From the human T2T-CHM13v2.0 reference genome, Homo sapiens: a stretch of 64,000 bases of DNA. The position numbers were made by a program, and so were the translations under genes. Position 1 is the first letter of the stretch. Every line of letters begins with the position of its first letter. The stretch lies in assembly GCF_009914755.1 (NCBI RefSeq), contig NC_060925.1, one strand, 5' to 3'. Positions 54,900 to 64,000 of the stretch are shown one piece after another. Below the pieces are notes generated by a model. The model saw only the letters and a program-made list of their open reading frames with translations. It did no database searches and was not told the origin of the DNA.

Positions 54900-55990
54900 T
54901 GACTGTTCTTGCTGTCTCCTGCCTGGCCATTATCAAAGCTCCATGCCTCCCTGAAGCCAGAGTAGTCTTCCTAAGTGCAAAAAAAATTGTGTCTTTTTCT
55001 TTGTTAAAGTTCTTTGATTTTTCCCTGGCATTCAGGAAGAAGTCAATTCCCTTCAATTAAAAATGACAGCACTTCAAGATCTAGATAGATCTTGCCTATC
55101 ACTCTAGCATTAGTTAAAATCATTTACATAAATACATACAGCCTCTTTCTCTAGCCACATACAACCGCATACCATTTCCAAATGCTCTATGTTGTTTTCT
55201 TTTCCTGGTTGTTCATACATCTGTTTTCACTCCATGGTTAAGCCTCTCTTTTTCTTGATCTGATTTCTGCTTATTTTCAAAACATTTTCTAAACTCAAAT
55301 GAATGTTATTTAGTTCAAATATCACCTACTCCAGGATGCTGGTTTCTGAGTTCCAGATTTTTATTTGTTTGTTTGGATTTTTGTTTGTTTTTTGAGACAG
55401 AGTCCCACTCTATCACCCAGGCTGAGTGCAATGGCACGATCTCAGTTCACTGCAACCTCTGCCTCCCGGGCTCAAACCATTCTCTGCCTCAGCCTCCTGA
55501 GTAGCTGGAACTACAGGTGTGTGCCATCACACCCGGCTAATTTTTGTATTTTTAGTAGACACGGGGTTTCACCATGTTGGCCAGGCTTGCCTCGAACTCC
55601 TGACCTCAAGTGATCTGCCCACCTGGGCCTCCCAAAGTGCTGGGATTATAGGCGTGAGCCACCGCACCCAGAATAAGTTCCAGTTTTTTTTAGGACCGTA
55701 GAGCACTTGGCAGTAGACCTCAGTCATAGAATATAACTGTAAGTATCTATTTATGTGTCTGTCTCAGGGCAAAAGTGTATATATTCTTTGAGGACTACAT
55801 CTTCTTTAGTATCTTTTCTCCTCTAGCATACTGCATTCATTTGTCAAATAATTACCTGTTCAGTTTTATGTGCCAGTCCTTTAGCTCGCATCTGTGAACA
55901 CAAATGCTAAAGACACATAGCCCCCATATTTGAGGAGTGGATCATCCATAAACAAACAAATAGTAGATGCTTAACACTTAGTTGCTAATT
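54900..55990 (+). mobile_element. L2 fragments around the Alu
   Basis: gaagccagagtagtcttcctaa, ttccctggcattcagg, tagtagatgcttaa. Confidence 0.55.
55357..55671 (-). mobile_element. AluS (Sz/Sx-like)
   Basis: Full reverse Alu; approximate TSD agttccag(a/t)ttttt. Confidence 0.95.
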
Positions 55991-56791
55991 GAAATAATAA
56001 AGAAATCTCAATTTTGAAAACTGCCTAAAAAGAAAGCGAAGCACCATAATCACAAAATGGTGGGCAGAATGAAAAACTATTACAATTTATTACCACATGT
56101 GATTAAATGCATGCAATCTAAATTTGTGACTGTTTTATAGCTTCACTTTAACTTCATGGACAAAAATTGAAATTCAGCTCCTCCCTTTCTTTATCTAACA
56201 TTAATTCCTATGAAATATCGCATTTTAAGTGTTTTGTTTATTGGCAGCTTTGGTTTCAAAGATAAGGCCCTACCCAGCCACGTTGTTGATCTCTTCTTCC
56301 TAACCTGACAGTTTAAATGTTAAAGACTGACACAAAAGCATTTCTGATTTTTAACTTGGAAACTTGATAAAGAATTTTAAGATTAGGGATGGAGACTCAG
56401 GTTGGTGTTGGGTAAGGAGAAACATAACTTTATGCTGCCCAGGCTAATGACTGGCTCCAAAAGAAAATGAAACACTTGCTCTTGGCAAACTTCCAAGCCT
56501 AGAACATTCAAACTTTCAAACAACAAGTCATAGATACTTGCTACATCTCTTAATAATTTCGAAGACAAACCTTTTGTCCCAGAGTATGATGGCAACTGCT
56601 CTTTCAATGGAAGGATTACCACTTAGACACCAGCTTTCTATCAGGATAACCCTAGGTTGAATATTTGTCTCTAGGACCATAGGGTGCTATCCGAAACAGT
56701 GTGCAATGTATGGTTGTCAAGAAGCAGCGATCTTGCTATTCCATCTAAACCTAATGGGGAAAGCACTGAGGACATTACCTAGGATTCATTA

Positions 56792-57479
<688 letters not shown>

Positions 57480-58699
57480 TTATACCACAATTAGACTGAG
57501 GTAACTCTACCATTAGATTGTTCATCTAAGTGTGCATATAGATGTTTGAATGGGTTTCCTGATATTACTTAAGAAATGGATTTTCATGAAACTGGTCAAC
57601 ACTAACCTTCTTTTGTTGATATGTTTTACAAAAATACATGTGATGACTTGCCAAAAAATAAAATTGTAATAGAAAGATGAACTCTTTTGTGAAGTCCTTT
57701 GCAGAGCGAGTTTTAATTGGAACTTTGAAGATTTTTTTTCTCTTTGTCCATTTTTGGGTGACAAGGACAGGTTATTGAGAACATTTTTCTGAGTTATTCA
57801 TTCAAAGCTCAGAAGAACCCTAATCAAGGTGTTTGTATCCTGTGTGTCAGGGGGTACTGTGAGAATACACAGGTGAGTAAGTCTACAAATTGTACAGATC
57901 TTAAAATGAGAGAAACTCCAACATACTGAAATTCTATTTTAAAAAAAAATCTGGCATTATTCCTGGAGCTCTTGGCTCTGTAGCACTTAATGAAATACTC
58001 ATGATAGATGAGCAGTCTCCCTGTCATGCCTATAAAGGAATGCTTGATGATTTTATTAACACAGGCAGTGCTGAAACCTCTGTTTAATGAACATTCTAAT
58101 AAGGATGCCCTCTATGCTAGCAAAGTTAAGGAAAATAACAAGGAAGAACGAACAGATGACAGAAGTCATACTTCTGATCGTAACATTCGAACACGTTGTG
58201 GATGTCTAACAGATAATCATGTGCTCCACAATAGTACGCAATACATAGACTTAGGCCTAGAGAAAGAAAAAGTCTGATGTTTAACTTATAACTAGCAATA
58301 GCACCACAATATAATGTGCTTTAAAAAACAAAGTCTTAATTTTGAGGATTTATGTTATTTAAATCATAATCTGAATTATCATAATATTTTTAATACTTGA
58401 GAATTCTTTAAATGAAATTAGGAAAACAAACACAAAATGAGCTGCTTAAAGTTTCATTTGCTCATAGAGAAACCAACAAGCCAAGACAGAATCTGCAGAA
58501 ATCACTGCCAGTCTAAATATGTAAAATATTTTTCTAAAGTCCATAAAACTGTTCAGATAAAACTTTGGTAATAATGAAATAAGGGAATTGTGAAACCACA
58601 AATGACGTACTTCTTTGTATTTAAACTTCGTTCTCATTGCAAAAGTATTAATGTCACTTGTAGATACCATTTTATTATCCAATTCCTGCTAATCCCTTA

Positions 58700-58955
58700 C
58701 AATCTAGTTTAGAATTTGGATACTCTAGGAAGCATCTCTTAAACCCCTCCACTGCCTCTCTGATGTGCCCCCATTACTTTGCCTTCATTATGTCATTTCT
58801 TACATTGTATTTAAATTTCTTATTTACTTGTTTGCCTTAATGAGATTATGATGTCCTGGAAGAGAGAACTGCTGGCTTATTTGGAATTGTAACTCTGTTT
58901 AGCAATTGACCTAGTATTTTTGAATGAGTGCACTAATGAAGGTATAAATGAATGT
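58700..58955 (+). mobile_element. L2 3' end
   Basis: ctctaggaagc...cacattgtat-like ttacattgtat...gtcctggaagagagaactg...tgaatga. Confidence 0.6.
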
Positions 58956-59001
58956 CTGCATTCATTATGCAAACCAATCCTGATTTGTAAAATTATTATA
59001 A

Positions 59002-59328
<327 letters not shown>

Positions 59329-59494
59329 TAACACATGTGTGTTTGCAGATTATCATAAAGTTGAGGTGGAACGTCTATTAGATCTATTTGACTATTAAAA
59401 AAACTGGTCATAGTGCTTTCACTAGATACAGAAAAATGACAAATCAAGAGACAAACATTTGAACGCTCACTGTGAGTGCACAAATACACATATT

Positions 59495-59600
59495 TTGTAT
59501 GTGTGTATATATATAAACACACATACATACATGTATATCAGCTCTAATGATATATATGTATATGCTGTGTATACATGTATCTCTCTCTATATGTATCAGC
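59495..59600. repeat. TA/CA/TG low-complexity tract
   Basis: Read directly. Confidence 0.7.
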
Positions 59601-60640
59601 TCTATAAACTGAAAATATAATTCAACAATATTTTCCTTTATCTTAAAACATGGAAATAAGTCTTAAAAAGTACATGTTTAAAATGTAAATTCTTATTTGT
59701 TTAAATCCAAGCAAATTTTAAACTAAGCGTTAGCCATAATAAGGAGAATTTCATTTTTGTTTTCCTCTGGAGAGGATTGCTGTCTGAATATAAAGTATTT
59801 ACATATCATTCATCCCAGAACTGACATTAAATTTTACTGAAAGATGAAATTCTTTTTAGCAAAAGTTATTATTTCAATTATACATTTATAATATTTTTGA
59901 TAAATATACTGAAGGTACAAGTTTATGCTACAGTAAAATTTAGTAAATGCACATGATACTAAAGACACAAAGTGGATTCACGTGTTTTACCATACATTTG
60001 TAAGTATACAATTTATAATGTCAATTACAAGAGAGAAACATTTATCTTTGATAATCAGTTTATGTTGCATTGGCTTCCTTTTTTCTCTTTTAAATCACTA
60101 TAAATTACTCTTAGAAAATATTTACTTTAATTTTGAAGAATGTATCTTGTTGATGTAGTATAGGTATTAAGATGTGTTCAGAATAAATATAAAATATGGA
60201 CATTAATAAATTATATATCCATTCACCTTACGTCATTAAACATGTAAATTTTACAATTAATTCAAATTATATATACATATATAAAAGTCAAGATTTCAAT
60301 TACTTATTTTATGAATAAAATATATTTCCCTCAAGATAACAGGATAAGCCTATAATATTGAGACTTTCACAGTATTTCAAATCTAATTTAACATTTTATG
60401 AACTTAGAAATACTCCATTACTAGCTTTATAGCATAATTATTTTCATTGAGGCACTCCTCTTCTTTGATAATCTTTTTTTTTTTAGTCAAATTGCTCTGT
60501 ATTTACATAAAAACTCTGTTTAAGGTGTAAGTTAGAGGTAGTAGACACAAAAGTATTTAACAAGGTCATTATTTAGATTTGAAGAGTTCCTGCACTTTGC
60601 AATGCATCAAACAGTAATTTGTAATTGACAGTTTTCTTAC

Positions 60641-60685
60641 CTAGAGTGCTTCTCAGACAAGAGATTGTTCTCCAAAGACAGTCAG
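60641..60685 (-). other. Candidate 45-nt exon
   Basis: Minus strand: ctctgacatttacccag|CTGACTG...CACTCTAG|gtaaga; strong donor, modest acceptor. Confidence 0.3.
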
Positions 60686-62046
60686 CTGGGTAAATGTCAG
60701 AGGCTCAAAAAGTAAATTATAGTGCAAACAGTGTTGATATTTCTATGAAATGGAAGAAAAGCATATTTATTTCTAAAATATAGAATTTTATTTAAAACAA
60801 GTGAAAACCTTCTATTGTGACCTTTACAAGTTTCCAAACAGTGACGAATTTGGTCATTACAAATAACCTTTTCCAGAAAGAGCTTTACCATTTGGGACTT
60901 TCATTTAGTAATATATGTGAATTAATTTTCTTTCTACAAAATAACTCATGTTATTAAATTTTTTATGAGATATTTTATTCCTGATACTACAGCTTTAAAG
61001 ACATTTTGGAAGGAAAAACAGTAAGGGAGCAACCACATGGTAGTGTATCATTTGAACTTATTGGGAGGAAATTAGTCATTTTTTGGTTTCTTCATTCTGT
61101 ACAGAACAGTGTTGTATTTGTGTGAATGTTATGGGTAATTATGTCTACCAATGTTCTTTATATAGAGCTTAGTGTAATTTTATTCGGAAGCTCTACTATA
61201 AAGCTGTTTCCAACTAAACAAACAGGTGGATTCTCTGAACGCATTGTTATTATTTGTTTGGAATATGGAACTTTTTTTGCTGTATAAAAAATGTGTGTTG
61301 TGGTTTTAGGCTGTTTTCCAAGTTAGCCTCCACTACATTTTTTTTTAATTTTTGGAGACTCAAAGAAAGTATAAATAAAATATATGTGCATGATATATAC
61401 AATTATGTATGTATATGACCATATAAGATTAAATAGAAGATTATGAAAATAACTAAAATGGTGGATAAATAGTATTACCACAAGCCCTAAGTAGCTTGCA
61501 TAATAACATCACTATTGGAAAATGGGTTCCAAATACCAACTTGGAACTATAGAATCACATCCTGGCCTGATATACCTAACAAAAATGTTCTTTATCCTCA
61601 ATCCCACATTTCTAAAACACTGAAAACCTAGAGGACTGCAGGTCTGATTCACTGATTGGGGTTTCTTCTGCCTATGATAGGGTTTCTGAAAGGCCAAGGT
61701 AGGGAGTATGCAACAGGACATGAGGGATGAAGATGCTACAAAAGACGAGGTTATTTCCTTGGTTTAAAATCCATCTCAATTTTTCCTGAGGGTTTTAAAA
61801 AACAAAAAAAAAACAAAGCAAAACAAAACAAAAATAATTTTTCTACCTCTATCCTCCTAGGAATTGCTGTCTCTTCCAGTCTTCATTGTTAAGCAGATGC
61901 TGAAATGCACACTCTACAAACCACTGGGAGCATAGAATACTTTCTACCAGATTATCTACACAACCTAATGAGGAGAGCTGATTGTCTTAAGTAAGCTAAT
62001 TGAGGGGGTGGCATTATCAAGTTCCCAAATATCCTTAAGATTTCTT

Positions 62047-62389
62047 GGCCAGGCGCAGTGGCTCACACCTGTAATCGCAGCACTTTGGGAGGCCGAGGCA
62101 GGCAGATCACCAGGTCAAGAGATCGAGACCATCCTGGCCAACCTGGTGAAACCCCGTCTCTACTAAAAATACAAAAATTAGCTGGGCGTGGTGGTGGGTG
62201 CCTGTAGTCCCAGCTGCTCAGGAGGCTGAGGCAGGAGAATCACTTGAACCCAGGAGGCAGAGAGGAGAATCGCTTGAACTCAGGAGGCGGAGGTTGCAGT
62301 GAGCCAAGGTCGTGCCACTGCACTCCAGCCTGGCAAAAGAGTGAGACTCTCTCTCAAAAAAAAAAAAAGAAAGAAAGAAAGAAAAGAAA
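62047..62389 (+). mobile_element. AluSc with internal 30-bp tandem duplication
   Basis: gtcaagagatcgagaccatcctggcc; TSD aagatttctt at 62037-62046 and 62390-62399. Confidence 0.95.
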
Positions 62390-62464
62390 AAGATTTCTTA
62401 AAAATTGTATCAATATTTATTGGAAAGTAAAGAAGACTAGATTTATACCTTTTTTCTCAGTTAT

Positions 62465-62713
62465 GTATGAGAGGTAGTGAACTTCCCTGACTACTCTATT
62501 TATAATGGTAGCCACAAATTCTTTCCTCTTATCCTGTTTTATATTTCTTCAGATGTTACTGTTTATTTTCTGCTTCTTTCACTGGAATAAAGGCTTCATT
62601 GACGCAGGTGCTTTTGTTTTGCATAACTTCCTGTGATATCCTCAGATATGAGAACAGTGACTGGCATATAGTAGACATTAAATAAACATTTGTGAAATGA
62701 ATGATTGAATGAA
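62465..62713 (+). mobile_element. L2a 3' end
   Basis: agaacagtgactggcatatagtagacattaaataaacatttgtgaaatgaatga. Confidence 0.85.
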
Positions 62714-63935
62714 TACCAACTCAAAGACTTAGGTGCTTTGAAACATGTTTCACCTTGATGATACTTGTTTATGTTCATTTTATCTTACACACTACTAACC
62801 ACATAGTTTCTTCATGCAAACAACTTTTTAGATACCTGACCATGACTACTTTACAGATAGATTACTTGCTTGAGCCACTTTCCTCTAATGCAGCTCTCTT
62901 TCCATAGAAGTCAGTTGGCCTGTCCCCTTTCTCACTGAACCTGACTTCAAGGCCACAGCTCAAACAGGCCACCTGTTTGTCCTTTTCTACAAATTAGGCA
63001 CCACATGGTTAGAAGTTGCATAGGAAGATAAATGGAAAAACAACAAAGTGGATGAGAGAGAGAGAAAGTTATTGTGAAGCTCTCTAGTCAGAAGCAACCG
63101 AGGAAAAAACATGACTCAAAAAAAAAACGTGATTAGAAAATGTCCATAATTTATAGAAACTACCGTACATTGCATGAAAGGATAATTTGCTCTTGCAGTC
63201 TGTTTGGATTCTGAAGAGCTGAGAGAAATCTACATACTTTATGCATGAGTGTGTCAGAAAGAGCAATAGGTGTCATGGAGGTAATAATATAGCCTAATTC
63301 AAGGTGCTGGGCATGCCACTAAAACATATTTCCTGCTCCCTTTGTATCCGTGACAAACAAACTACTACTGCCCCTATAAAACTCATCCTTTTATTTGAAC
63401 ACACAAGACACACAAAAGCATAAAATCGTATTACTTTTGCAATGCTCTTATGTAGCACAGATGATGTGGAAGCTAGGCTGGATCTGAATGAATTTTGGCC
63501 TGAATGTTTATTTGTTTTGGTGACTAGTCTGATTTCATATTAAGATTTCAGGTATATTAATGAAAGGCATATATTGAAAAACAATGGTTTAAAAAGGTAA
63601 TAATAAATCAGAAACTGGCAAACTATGAACAGGAGTAAAAAAAAAAAATCAGACTGAAAAAAAAGTTAAAGATAAGTCTCACATTTATCTCAGGTTAGTC
63701 ACAACTCCCACAACCATTTACTAAGACCAATTAATGCCAATTGCAGTATAAAAAGATACAATGAACATGATGAAAACTCTGACTTCAATTCCAATAACGT
63801 ATTTTGTTTTAAACATCTAGGATGTCCCAGACACTACAAGAAGCACTAGATTCAAAGACAACTATCCTGCTGAAAAATTGGCATATGTCTGCCTTGCCAC
63901 TTCTAGTTATGTTACAATTTATTTCCACTCTCTCT

Positions 63936-64000
63936 TATTTTATTTTATTGACGCAGGGTCTCACTCTGTCACCCAGACTGGAGTACAGTGGTGCAATCTC
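63936..64000 (-). mobile_element. Alu 3' end (J-like), cut by the window edge
   Basis: cagggtctcactctgtcacccagactggagtacagtgg. Confidence 0.9.

Noticed and set aside
56430-56620. Coding-like stretch (YAAQANDWLQKKMKHLLLANFQA)
   Set aside because: Interrupted by stops; cannot be assigned to a transposase or pseudogene by eye

Overview
AT-rich, CpG-poor primate (human-like) genomic DNA. I recognise no protein-coding gene, RNA gene or CpG island, so it reads as a large intron or gene desert. Much of it is interspersed repeat: Alu S/J copies and a FLAM, L1 fragments (all on the + strand), many old L2/MIR/L3 pieces, hAT and Tigger DNA transposons, a full-length THE1 MaLR, solo MER57A and LTR27/28-type LTRs, MLT1 LTRs, and a decayed class I ERV (gag CCHC knuckle, protease, RT YIDD, RNase H). 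Most supplied ORFs are repeat-derived or chance. Signals beyond the repeat annotation: (i) three candidate minus-strand exons (93, 33, 45 nt); (ii) a minus-strand THE1 5' LTR with an intact DUX4-type site and GTAAGT donor upstream of two of them; (iii) two short non-tandem local duplications (46/46 and 32/34 identical); (iv) a 152-bp AT-rich near-perfect palindrome grown from an Alu tail; (v) repeat-free blocks with clustered TGACAG sites or a repeated E-box+SOX composite. Subfamily names come from remembered consensus sequences and old-repeat boundaries are approximate. No novel system is demonstrated; the findings are testable hypotheses.
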